64,000 bases of DNA from Hydrolagus affinis (Eukaryota): assembly GCA_012026655.1 (NCBI GenBank), contig JAAILG010000045.1:1-64000 (forward strand). Direction: 5' to 3'. Shown here piece after piece: positions 11,961 to 24,805 of the stretch; the stretch's first letter is position 1, and each line of letters starts with the position of its first letter. The notes beneath the pieces were generated by a model. That model saw nothing but the letters and a program-made list of their open reading frames with translations. It was not told the DNA's origin and ran no database searches. The position numbers and the translations under genes are program-made.

Positions 11961-12607
11961 TAAAAAAAAAGGACTAATTCTGCCTAATATGAAGACATTA
12001 TGTAAACAGGATGGGGCTCCATATTCATCAAATGCATTATGTTTGGGCCCTTGGGACTTTTCTGTATTATTTCTGAACCACAAATGATTAACTTCCACAA
12101 TTTGACCGATTGTGGGGGATGTACCACTTACTTTTTTAACACAAGAAATTTTTCCGGAAATAAAATCTTGACTTTTGTCTTTACAGATGGCAATGAGTAC
12201 CAAGAGTTTGGATGTTAAATAAAACTTTATTTTAGTTTTATTATTCTGCAAAATTACTTTATCAGTCAGAGTAAAGTGTTTCCATTTCTCCAGCGAGCAC
12301 ACTTGTATATCAAAGTGATAACTTTGGCCTGAAGTTGTGCAAATAAATAAGCAGGTAGGTTATTTACAATTGTCCGCACAATTTGTCCAGTTACACTATT
12401 CCTCAAATCTAAATACAGTACTACCAGAAACAGTTTGAAAGTCTAATCCTTAACCTGTGCAACTTTCAAACTGTTTCAAAATAGGTCTGAAATAGCTTTC
12501 TCATCATGTTATTGTCTCATATTGTATCTATCAATATGTAATTGATAGTTCTAAATTTACATAAGTGCCAAATTATGTACTGTACTACTTTACAGTACAT
12601 TGAATAA

Positions 12608-12770
12608 GTTGGTCATTTCAACCATGACTGTTGGTGGGACACTGCTGTGTGCTGCATTTTGCCAACAAATATACAATCAATTCACTTTACAGTTTGTTCT
12701 GTGAAGCGCTTTGAGATGTCTAGAAGACATGAAAAGCGCTATATCAAATGTGAGGATTATTATTATTACA
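12608..12770 (+). mobile_element. tRNA-derived SINE, 3' half
   Basis: Matches the core and tail of the 4920 copy. Confidence 0.8.
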
Positions 12771-14149
12771 GTATTATTAAATAACGACTTAATTCATAAT
12801 GTTGTAGAACCTTAAAATTAACTCTGTGTGGGTGGTCAAATTTGCCCCAAATAATTGACTAGGTATTTTATATGATATACTGATCTGGTGCAAAGAAATC
12901 CCATCAAAACAGAATAGCAATAAATATTGAATAATGTTTTAGTGTAAAGGTTAATTAACATTTGTCATATGTTATACATTCATTTATATATACATATATT
13001 ATAATCAAAGGTGGCGTCAGGAGTATGAATGTAGTTAACCTGAACTCAATTGCTTCCATAGATCAAGCACAGAATAAAAATAAAGTTATAAAATTATTGC
13101 TTTCCCTTCAGAACAGAATTCTTACTATTTTTTAAAGAACAATAAGACTGATTCTATCAAATGTCTGTGCTCAGAGAATGAAAACATGAATCCCAGCTGT
13201 GGTGACAACTTTCATGCATTATATTTTATTAAGTTTAATTGCTAGGTTCAATGTCCAGCTTTGGAGCAGCAAAGAGATTCCACATAGGATATCTTCTATC
13301 GATGAGTCAGAAAAAATTAATGTTACCACAGAAAAAGCAAACTGTGAAACATCAGAAATATTAATTATTTGAATCACAGATTAATACTAGGAAAAATCCA
13401 TATTTTTGCCAGTAAACATACTAAATAAGATAAACTCTATTATTATCTGCTCCTTTCTGTCATAGAGCAATGAACAGAATCTTTGTCTTTTTACCATCAG
13501 AATGCGTTGGATCTGACAAAGTCCTGTTCAACTAGTTACCTTATGCAGATACAGTACTTTAAACTATAGTATCACTATCCTTAATTTGATCATTAAAAAC
13601 TGGGATTTAATTCTATATGAATTTATTCTGATTTAAAATTCAATACATCAATACACAGACAATAATAGCAAAATGTGTTCCCCAGAATGTTCAAATCTAG
13701 GTTAATGAAGGGAAGAACAACAAGTTTAAATCAGTTAGTTAAGGAATATTGTACTTTGTAAATCAATTTGATTTTTATCTGGTCTTCTTTCAGTGATAGC
13801 TGTCTGAGTCTCTCAGTATATTGCCCATACAAGCACTATAAATTCCTTTTTGCACATTTGGTTAAATGTGTTTTCCATTTTAATAACATCTTGTCAACAG
13901 TTACCTCCTGTGGATTTCTCAGGTTGAATATACAGTAGATTTTGAGAATGTATAGAACCAATGAATATTTCTGCATTAACAGTTAATTGTTATCATACTT
14001 AACAACTTGTGTTGAAACACTAACTTATCCTTTAAGGGTTAAAGATGATTGATTCAACCTATTTTGTAAGCAAAAAGATTCCCTGAATGTAAGATGTAAA
14101 GTGAGGCAAGTTATGTTTAAAAGTCACTGGGTTGAAGTGAATTACTTAC

Positions 14150-14290
14150 CGTTTCTTGAAGCTTTTGGTTTCTTAATTCCAAAGACTGAGCACCAGAGTC
14201 AAATGGAAAGAAACAAATATTAAGTTCTGAAACTGGTCTCTGGAGAAAGAGGAGGCTGCCAGACCAGGAACAGCGCTGACAACAACAGCA
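14150..14290 (-). other. LUM: Candidate non-coding exon 1 of lumican
   Basis: Strong donor ACG|GTAAGT at 14150/14149 in repeat-free sequence, TTTATA TATA-like element at ~14313-14318; lumican genes have an untranslated first exon. Confidence 0.4.
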
Positions 14291-15662
14291 GAGAAACGTA
14301 GACACACTCAACTATAAAGCTGCTATGTCATCACTCAAATTGTGGTGTGCTAAATAACACTGAAAATACAGCTCACTAACTAAACACAGGTGGATGCTCA
14401 AAGTGATTGCAGCTGTGATATAGATAAGAAACTGGGATGAATCCACGTTTTCGGCACGTTTTCGGATACCAGTTTAATTTTACATATTCTAAATTGCTCA
14501 CCACACTCATCCTCCTCCATTGTGATTAAATTCTATTTTGTTAATTCGACAACAAAAAATTCTTACTTTCATGCAAAGGCAAGTTTCTTCGATGGGAAAT
14601 ATTATTTTCCAAGTATTGTCATTCCCAGGAGAAACAATCTAGAAGGAATAATGTTGGAATCAGCACTAAATGTAGCCTGGATCAGAGCAAAATGTTGTAC
14701 ACTACGAGGGTTTGTGTTAAACTATCCACATCTTTGAACCCATAATAAAAAGTGGCTAACAGCCAAAGCTTCAAAACTGCCAAGAAAGTAATTGAAGAAT
14801 TATGTTTGAACTCAGGCCTTGAAGAGAAAGTCAAACAACACAGAACTTCAAGCATTTGCCTTAAACATTCATATTAATTAATATGGTTTGTTATAATTGA
14901 ATTGCTTTTTAATCTTCGGAATCAAGCAACTTAGTAAAAGAACAGAGTGAAGCTGGCCAAATCCCAAGACCTCTGGATGAGTTTTTCCTTTTGATCATGC
15001 GCAAACTATCAAATAGACTGAAGTAAATCACGCACTCAAATGAGGTCTGTTTCTTATTTCATGGCTTCCACTGAAGAATGCAGACTCATCCTGAAGTGAT
15101 AAACCTTTGAAACAACAAAATGAAGTGGCTGGACATATTTGGAATGACACGAACATGTTTTGGGACAAACTAACCATTGGGCAGCGTGATCTTGAAGGAA
15201 ACAAAAGCTATTTAGGATAGAACCAAATTACACAAAGAAGACAATCCTGGATTTGAATCTTAAATCTGTGCTCAACAGTAATGATTAAATTAATGGTGGT
15301 AAACGCTTCAAATCCGTAAAACACAGCGGTTTCACTTTTGAGGGAATATGCTCAATATATATATTCACTAAGTACTGTTTTGGGGACTGTTTTGGGCATT
15401 GGATTAACAAAAAAAATTGTTTGGCAGAAATAGGTTTGAGAGTCAGTAAATCATCAAGTGATTCCCACATGTGCCAAACATCATTTCTTTCTGATGGGAT
15501 GCAGTGGCAATTCTGCATAAATAAATGTCAGTCATATTGATTCTTCCTATGAATGTCAAGTGTGAAGAACATCACCTGTTCTGAACACCACCTGCCTTGC
15601 CATCCTCCACACCCAGCTGCTGATCACCCATCACCCACTTCTCTGCTCTCTCCCATCAGACA

Positions 15663-15745
15663 TAATCGATCCATCGATCAATCGATTCACCCACCCAATC
15701 AATCAATCAATCAATCAATCAACCAACCAACCAACCAACCAATCC
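15663..15745. repeat. (CAAT)n/(CAAC)n compound microsatellite
   Basis: aatcaatcaatcaatcaatcaatcaaccaaccaaccaacc. Confidence 0.9.
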
Positions 15746-16061
15746 CTCTTCTAGCTCTGTCCCACTCCCTCCCCAAACCACTCTCATCAGTCCCTTCCTC
15801 ACCCTCAATCCCTCTGACCCAACAAACTACCAGCCCATTTCTAACTTGCCTTTCTTTGCCAAAGTTCTGGGACCCATTGTTACAAATCAACTACACTCAC
15901 ACCTCTGCATCCACGAGTCTCTCATGTGTGGTCATGGATTTGGTGACCAAAATTACTACTATTATTTATTTTATACTTTTGAAGGGGTTTATTATCCCTG
16001 GAAAAGCAATCTGCCAATCGACTAACAAGCAGGTTCCTACTTATTGCTGGGTAAACAAGGG

Positions 16062-16165
16062 TGTGTGGAGTTAAAATACTTGCCCAATGTTTCACCTTGC
16101 CCTGAAATCTAACCCAGGTCCTCTCGCTTGCAAGGCGAGTGCCCTAACCACTAAACCACAGGACT
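16062..16165 (-). mobile_element. tRNA-derived SINE head fragment
   Basis: Reverse complement of the tRNA-like head (cttgcaa loop) of the full-length copies. Confidence 0.75.
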
Positions 16166-18639
16166 AAACTACAGGCATACTAACTGATGATGCTTCATTC
16201 ATTGTGCAGCTTGAAGGAATATTTATGAAAGTGAACAATTGTAAGCAGTTACCATCGTCTACTGGCTATGTCACTTTAAGAGTGATGAATAAATAAGACA
16301 TTGTCTTTAAATAAGAAAAAAAAATGTAATGGAAAACCAATTATTTACACTCAGTGGTGAAGTTGTATCAAATGACAGAGCGTATGCTGAGGTTAACTGC
16401 AACCCTCACATTATTGTGAAAGCAACGTTCAAGTCTAGAAAACTGGTAGCTGACAAGAGGGTATGAGAGAAAAGCACAAACCCAGCATATAATGTTGGCC
16501 TTTTTTTTGAAAACTGTGGGAAACAAGAATGTCTAATTACAAAGCCATGCATTTTGGCTGTGGAGCAATGAAAGAGCATCAATTAGATTAGGCCTACATC
16601 TAGTCAGGACTACAGTCGCAACACAAGTTTTGTTTTAGTCAACTAAATGTTCCTGAGACACTACTCTGCCTGGAGGGAGCTTCAAGTGTAAGTTGCTGCT
16701 ATTGTAAATACTTTTATGTTTCACTATCATTTTCCCATTCCTAACTCCAAGTAGCTTTCAAGTCAGCTGGCTAACTTGTCACATATTCCATTGTCCACTG
16801 TTTGCTTTAAACCCACACCTGAAAGATTTCTGTCGAGCACTGACCCCCATTACCATTCATCAACACCGCAAGTAGATTAGAAGGTCTAAATCCACAACTT
16901 GGCTTTTCCACAACTGTGTACATTACCGAAGAAAACCCCTGTATCTCAATTACTTATATAGCAGGAAAAAAAACACGTGAAAGAAAATTCCAACGCTATG
17001 TAGGAGCATGCTTTTGTAGCTTTACTGCACACTTCACAGGCCTTCAAGTGGATTTGTTCCTCCATGGCTGCAGAGCCAATTATCTCATCTTCACTTTGTA
17101 CTTCCTGCAGATGGTTTGCCCAAGATCAGGAATCCAATCATGTGGGTATTTGTGTATTACTCTCCAGTATAGATGCAAACAATTTTTCAAAAAATATATT
17201 GAACGCAAATTTCTGTGAAATCCAACAATGATTTTATAAAAAGTATTGACTGGCTGGAAAAATAAAAGTATTAAAGATCAAAGAAATGTCTAATGAACAC
17301 ATATTTCTTCCAGATCTTGGGATGCAACTGTAAAGCGTGCAGTGAAACTATGAAAACATGATCCTGTGCAGTGTTTGAATTTCCTTTCACCTCCCAGCGC
17401 TCTATAAATGTAATTTTTGTTTGTTGTTGTTGGTTCCAACACATCTCTGTATTTTGGTTCATAAACTTCATATAGTTTACTCTGGTAGTTACCATACGGA
17501 ATATGGACTAGAACTATCCTAGTCACTCCACTTCACAGTACTGTGAAGTGCTTTGAAATGTCCTCCCAATGTGAAAGGCACTATAAAAATTAAATTTTGT
17601 TATTGTTGTTTCATTGTGATTCCGTATTATCTTTTATGTACATGGGTCAGGACATGCTAGTTGGAGTTCAATGTGTATGTTAAAATAATTGGTATTGAAG
17701 CATAGTTATAATGTAACAGGTGACATTTAGTTACAAATTCTGTAGCTTATCAGCAGATACATGTATGAAATTGACTTGTGTGCCTGAGGTAATGTAAAGG
17801 GCAAATAATCCTCCTGACGTGAAAGGCAACATACCAAAATGTAAGGATTACTAATTGCATGGGCTTTTCCTTTTCTGGCACATTGGATTCTGCTTTGGAG
17901 GAAGATCCTGCCAGTGTGAAGGTTCCATCGGTCGGGTTAACACTTCTGGTTCCAGGACTTCTTCAGATCGTGTACAAAGAAAAAGGTGGTACATTTACAC
18001 TGAATTGGGTAAAGCTGGCTTTTCCTGTGAATCAAAATTCAAAAATACACTCATCTTACTAGTAATCAAAATGCTGATTCTAAGAAAAATTGTGATTTGT
18101 TGCAAATATTAGAAACATCGATTTGTGTTTTTTTTTGGTAATGAGTATCAAAATTTAGAAATTGTACTGGCATTCATAGAAATGCTACTTTCAATATTGT
18201 TAATTCCTGTGCTGAGTTTCGCATCCGGTTATTCTCTATCTATGTACTTTACAGTACGTTCTTTGAAGCACTTTGAGACGTCTAGAAGACGTGAAAAGCG
18301 CTATATCGAAATGCAAGGATTATTATCCAATTGTCAAAATGGGCAAATCAAAAGAAATTCTACTTAAAGCAGGTCTGTTTATGACTATAATGCACATAAA
18401 GCAATAGACCAAGTCAACACTCGCTACATGGCAAACATTCTACACCACAAGCTGTTTTTTTTAACAAGTACGCTGAACAGTTCTGCAAGCCACTAGATAA
18501 TGGTTTGAGTGGCTCATTAATCATTGGTAATTGCTTGTCTCAAGCAGAAGACTTGTAATCTGCAAAATCTTCTTTGGGCAGAAATGGTCAATTGAAAAAC
18601 ATATCAAAGTGCAGTCATTTTCAAAGTCCACATGTGTGG

Positions 18640-19140
18640 AATTCACTGCATGTGAAGTGAAAGTAAGGAATATAGTTAACAGTGACAAAGATTGTAAGAA
18701 ACTTCAGGAGCAGAAAGGCAGATTATTAGATTGGACAGAGAGTGATTGCAGATGAAATTTAATGCAGGAAAGTATGAGGTTGTATATTTGGGAGAAGGAA
18801 AAAGGGTAGCTAAATTGTTAAAAGATTAAACAGAGTAGGAGAAGAGACATGGAAGTTAACAAACATCAATATTTAAAGCTGGGAAGGCAAGTGGACAACA
18901 ATAACTTGTACCCAGTACCTCATGCAGGTATCTTGCCATCTTGGAGCATGGACAAATTTGAAGAAAGTTAATGTGATCCTAGGTTTAATAAATTGGGGGC
19001 ATAGAATATAAAATCAACAAAGTGATGCATAACTTGGATAATTATTTTAGTTAGCTTACAGTTATTATGTTCAGTTTTGAGCCTGCGATTTGGAAGGTCA
19101 TTAGGTACATAGAGAGGGTGCAGAAGAGATTAAACAGGAA
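18640..19140 (+). mobile_element. Degenerate CR1 LINE ORF2 fragment
   Basis: DC.KLQ..., W...WQMKFN..K..V motifs, degraded. Confidence 0.55.
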
Positions 19141-19824
19141 AATTGTCCAAAAAGATTGGCGGTTGAAAATGTTTGGAGACGTCAGACAGCATATTTGTTT
19201 TAGATGATTTTGTGGAGCATGCTCAAACTGTAAAAGTAACTTGCATTAGCAATATTTTAACTGGAACAGCAAAATCTCTATTGTTTATATGAAGATTATT
19301 TAATACAGTTGAGTAACTGAGAAAATATATGTAGGATATCTTGTAAAGCAAGGCTCTTTCCATTCATTAATTTGTGCACGATCTGTGCTCTACTATGTGC
19401 AGCTTTGAGGACCAGCAGCAGAAAAGCATAATTTCAACGGAGATTAATGTTTTGTATAGTTTTCCTTCAAAATACTCATCATCACATTCCGCTTCTTATT
19501 ATGGGATGCAAATCTATGCATACCAGAAATCCAATACCATATCCAAATGACCATTCATCATGTGTGAGCCTACACAACAAGTGTACCAGCAAGGCATTCA
19601 ACTGTGAGGGATATTTCATCCTTATTTAGTCTATCATCAACATTCAATTATATGCACTCTGAACAAGACCAATGAGTCACAACCAAAAGACCTGGCTTGA
19701 CTTTTCCTCTCTTTAGCCGCGAGACATTAGGGCCAAACATGACTGTCTCCATCACCATCCTGCTGAAATCCATGGTCATTAGCACAAACAAAGCTTTGAG
19801 TCAATCTTTCGTAATCTTTAACAA

Positions 19825-20690
19825 CAGCACCAACAATAAGATTACATTTGTAAAACGCCTTTCCATGTCAATATGGCATTCCATGTTCTGGACAATCAGT
19901 GCTTTGTACCCAAGCTGGGGACAGGGATCGAGGAGAGGAAGGCAGAAGGGTGACCAACAGCACTGTCGAAGAGGAGGGTCTTGAAACAAATCTTGAATTA
20001 AGCTAGAGGGGATGAGGTGGATTGATTATGAAATGGAGTTCCAGTGGGTGGGGGTAGAGTGGCTGAAGGCTCACCGGCAATGGCAGGGCAGGTGAGGCAG
20101 GAGATATGAAGCAGAGGGAGTGGGCAGGTTGGTAGGGGGTTAAGAGATTGCAGAGGTAGGAGTGAGTAAGGCCATGGAGGGCTTTGAAAGTGAAGACCAA
20201 GGTCTTGAACTGTATCCTCTGTGTGATGGGAAGCCAGTGGAGTCGGGCGAGGATGGCCTGACAGGTTCACAGAACCTGGTGCAGGAGAGGACAGCCGCTG
20301 CAGAGTTCTGGATATCTGCAATCTATGGAAGGAGGATTTGGGAAGGTCGACAAACAGGAATGGTTGAGCAAACATGGTTGAGCCTGGATGTTATCAATGT
20401 AATATGAGGGTCTCAGCAGACTACGGTGTGAGGCAGTGGCGGAGCCAGGCAATGTTGCGGAGGTGGCGGAAGGCAGAGTCGGTTATTGCACAGATGTGAG
20501 GCAGAAAGGACAGCTGTGGGTCAGACAAGATTCCAGACAGGCTCGGAGTGATGGAATGTGCATCCTTGGATGATAATGCTGTCAGTGTCTGAGGTGTGGA
20601 TGCGCTGATGGGTAGCCAATCAGGAAGGCCTCAATCTTGTTCAGCTATAGAAAGTTAGCTCTCAGCCTGGACATAAATGCTCTGAGATGT
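19825..20690 (-). mobile_element. L2 LINE 3' portion, degenerate
   Basis: VFTFKALHGLTHSYLCNLLTPYQP on the minus strand; tail at ~19825-19890. Confidence 0.8.
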
Positions 20691-21588
20691 TATCCTGGAT
20701 GGAGGGCGCTATATTAGTGCTACAAGAATGTTAGGAAAAGAAAACTTGGTCAGTGCACTGAGCCTGAGGGCTTTAATTTTATTAGCAAGGCCTGTCACAC
20801 TTCCTACTCTGCAGCAATTAAAAGAGTGATATTTGGCTCCACAAAGCACTGAAGTGGGAGATATAGACTAGCGCAAATATACAACAGAGAACTTAGATCC
20901 TCTCTGTGCTTCCCACTCAATACTTGCATAAAACATCCATTCACTCCAATAGTATAAAAAGGGTAAAAAGTTCCTCAGGAGATTTTTTTTAACACTGAGG
21001 TTTGTTGACTGTCACTGGTTTCCAGAAACTATTTTTAATTTGTAAATATTCTACCCTTCATAACACCCTTAATCATAGTGATGGTTTTCCGCGTGTGTCA
21101 GAAAGCCAGCTGACCAACAAAAGCTTCAAATGACAGCAGATAAACTGCAACAAAAGATGGGGGTAAGCAGTTGTTTGCTTGATTAGCTGTATTCAAAATA
21201 AGGATAAGAATAACCCTTGCATTTGATATAGTGCAATCATGAAATCATGTCATTTCAAAGCACTTCACAGAATATATTGTCAAATTGATCGACTGTATAT
21301 CCCGTGGGTGAAACATGACAGCCATCCATCCAGCCATCCATCCAGGTGAATAGGTGCACTTAAAGGCAGCATCCTCACCTCTGATTAGTAGATAGACCTG
21401 TCAATCAAGCCAACAACTCACTTGTCTTAGATAGGACTGTTCCTTTAACTGAGTTTTACTCACCTCCCCCTAAAGAATACTTTCACCACTACCTATGCGT
21501 ACATTCATTCACTGATGAATTCCTGCAGAGGTAAAATTGTAACAAGGTACCATAGAGGTTACTGCAATAGTAATTCTTTCATCTTACT

Positions 21589-21835
21589 AATAATAATCCT
21601 TGCATTTGATGTAGCGCTATTCATGTCTTCTGGACATCTCAAAGCGATTCACAGAAAATATACTCTAAAGTGAATTGACTGTATATTTTTATGGGCGAAA
21701 GGGGGCAGCCAATTGCGCACAGCATTTAATCCACAACAATTGTGGATTAAAATGACCAATTTATTATTGTGTTATTCTTGAGGGATAATTATCAGGCATG
21801 TGGAGTAAGGAAACTTGTCCAAGGTTTCGCCCTTG
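21589..21835 (-). mobile_element. tRNA-derived SINE, 5'-truncated
   Basis: Reverse complement of the SINE body and tail. Confidence 0.8.
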
Positions 21836-22644
21836 GCGTAACAAACGCGGATTACATAAACCAAAGTGTTTTATTTCTTAAATTGAAATTTTAGATAGTT
21901 GGAAGTGAATTTAATAATTCTTATTTATCACTTTTTAAAAAAAAAATACAGTACATGCAGTTCATTCAAAGTGTATGAAGCTGAGGGAAGGGATTCTTTC
22001 CATTGGGCTCTTGTTAACCCTGAAAGTCATAGCCTAATGGATAGACAAGCAGCAGGAAACTTGCCAACAAGGTTGTAAATTACAACATACTTAATTTTAT
22101 CTGGTTAAACTCTAGCAGTAATTCAATGAAATATTTCCCAAGCTTTGGCTTTGCCAATGTGCACCTAATATTTTCCAGAATTCAGTAAACTGATTCATTC
22201 CTCTTGGGGGAGAGAGTGTACACTCTATTCCAGAAGACATGAAAAGCACTATATCAAATGCAAGGATTATTTATTATAGTCAAAGGGAAATTTCCAATTG
22301 AAGATAAAATTGTCTGTTTTGAATGGGTTTGCAGCCACAACACTGACGAACAGAAAGTGTACAAATGAAGTAGTTTTACCCAATACATCTGAGCTTTGCA
22401 ATAATACACTCAACATTCTCCTTGAATGGAGTGGATTCATGGTAGCAGTGCTTGCAATAAAAGCAGTTTTGCCTGTCATAACGGAAACCTATTTGACATT
22501 TGCACAGTATTCCTGATGCTCCATGAATGACATTCATTTGAAGCATTGAGGATGCAGGATTTCCTGAACAGATCAGTCAGTCATTATGGGCTAAAGATTG
22601 TCCAACAGATGTAGTATTAGTTTTGATCTAGCTAGTAGTCCATT

Positions 22645-22785
22645 GCCTATTCTGATGAAGGGTTGTAGACCCGAAAAGTTGACTAATTTTCCTTTCTTCA
22701 TAGATGCTGCTTGACCTGCTGAGTGTTCCCAGCATTTTCTATTTTTTATTTCAGATTTCCAGCACCTGCAGTATTTTGCGTTTTT
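22645..22785 (+). mobile_element. Penelope-like terminal-repeat fragment with hammerhead-ribozyme-like core
   Basis: CTGATGA-a-GGGT-tgtag-ACCC-GAAA followed by cat/cacagatgctgc..gacctgctgagt..ccagca, a repeat I recognise from cartilaginous fish genomes. Confidence 0.5.
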
Positions 22786-24169
22786 GTCCATTTCCTCTGC
22801 CTGCATTCCATACAGCACATCTGTATTAATAAAACATAACTATGCACCACATATCCATCACTGCTAGTGTAGCAACAACAAAAACAACATCAAAATTACG
22901 TTTGTGAAGTGTTTCATGTCGGGATAATGTCCCAAGATGCTGGGAGTGCAAGCATACTGTGTCACTGGCAAGCAAATATTTGGACATCAAGTCATGAGGA
23001 ATACGGACCTAAATCGCATGCAGTTGTCAAATGATAGTTTGAGCTAGAACTGTATTAATGGCTTGGGACATATATTTTTGCTTGACATTGATGATCTATC
23101 AATATGTGCAGTATCTCCACCAGGACTTGTTGGGATTCCATAGAATCATAGAAATATATAGCCAAGAAGAAGCACATTCGGTCCATCAGTGGCCTCCCTC
23201 AAGCAATCCTTTCACTCCCATTTATCTGCCCTTTCCCCATATTCCTGTATCAATTCACATAGAATATTATAGATTGTGATTCTGTATCTACAAAATTATA
23301 TATTTGTATCTGTAAATGGCAAACAATAACAATACAACAACAAAATTACATGTTTAGTGCCTTTCACGTCAGGAGGATGTCTCATGGCACTGGACAGTCA
23401 ATGTTTCAGACCCGCAAATAATTGATATCTACCCCTTTGTTTCTCAGTAAGGTTGTTTTGATGCTGATTTCTTTAAGCTCCCAAGTCCAGGTTTCACCGG
23501 AGCCTTTACTGCAGTTTGTTACAGATTACACTTGCATTCCACAACCTGTTTGTCTTTCCTTCCTCCATACGATGGCATCTGGTGTACAGTCACGACACTA
23601 CAGTCTCCAGCTGCAGATCTTTGACCTTACTTCAGGGTTTTGGCTGGTTTAACAGATGATTCTACATCTGTGGCTAATAAATAACACATTCTTACATGCA
23701 TTTCAAGTCCAGTCATGTAAATACTTGGATTTGAACTATTTATGCATTTACCATTTCTCTTAGTTTGGTTTGATGTTCATATCAGGACAAGATTTATACT
23801 GGAAATGAAGTTTGCATTAATAAGAATGATCTTCTTTAATAAGCACCTGACTAAAAAGATTTTTTATTTTTTAGATTTTTTTTATTTTATATTTTTTGTT
23901 CAAATTGGATCTGTGACAAATTTGCCCCAATGTACTGTTATTTTTCAGCTTGTTTCTCTGCCAAAAGAAAGAATTAACAGCGTGTATAGAGAGTTCATCC
24001 CAGCCTAGTGCTGCAATGTTCTTTTTTAAGCTAATTATTACCAGACTTTATCCAAGCCCAACAATTGACTATCGACTTCCATATAAGGGGGAAAGAGAAG
24101 GATTCAGTTCATATGTGGTTTTCAAACATCAATAAACATTCAAATAACATCACATCCATGTCCTGACCC

Positions 24170-24805
24170 ATTTAGCTTTGCCCCACCTCCATAATATTGC
24201 CTGCTTCCACCACTACCTCTCCCCTCTGGCCACTGAAATTCTAATCCATGCATTCAACATGTCCATGCTAGATTTTTGCAAACTTTTTGTTCACTGGATT
24301 CTTTCCTTCATAAACTACAAACTGTCCAAAACTGTTCCCTTTCTCGCTCTAGTCTCTGTGAGCCTATCATCCCCATCTTTGCACAGCAACACTGGCTGCC
24401 CATCAACCAGTGAATGCTGTTGAAAATCCTCATCCTAACCTCTAAATCTCTGCATAGTATTACCCTACTTTACCTCTCTGATCTGCACAAACCCTACCAA
24501 CTGACCCCACCATCTGCCCAGCAGGTACCAGCCCATTTCACGTTCCCACCCTAGTCCACCAATACAAATTAGGCTTTCAGCATATCTGCCTTCACTCTCT
24601 GTAACTGCATTCTAAAGTCCCATCACCTCGCTTCATCGCTCATCTCCTTCAAGTTCCGCCTCAAGTAAAAGGCCTCAAGACCTTTTACTGTGTTTTCAGA
24701 CAACTTTCCCTCCCCATCCCCTTGTCCCCCACCCACAACTTAGAAGCAAACCCTAAACTTCTTCGAACATTTCTTTCCAAAATGAAAAGCATTGTATAAA
24801 TGTAA
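24170..24805 (+). mobile_element. Degenerate L2 LINE 3' portion
   Basis: HLHNIA, E.LIHAF..S.LDFC motifs; tccttcaagttccgcctcaag; decayed tail. Confidence 0.7.

Noticed and set aside
15553-16074. 173-aa ORF with NQSI/NQPT repeats
   Set aside because: Driven by a microsatellite and decayed repeat sequence
16916-17526. Two opposite-strand ORFs with similar Cys-containing peptides
   Set aside because: Similarity comes from a DNA inverted repeat; no coding or splice evidence
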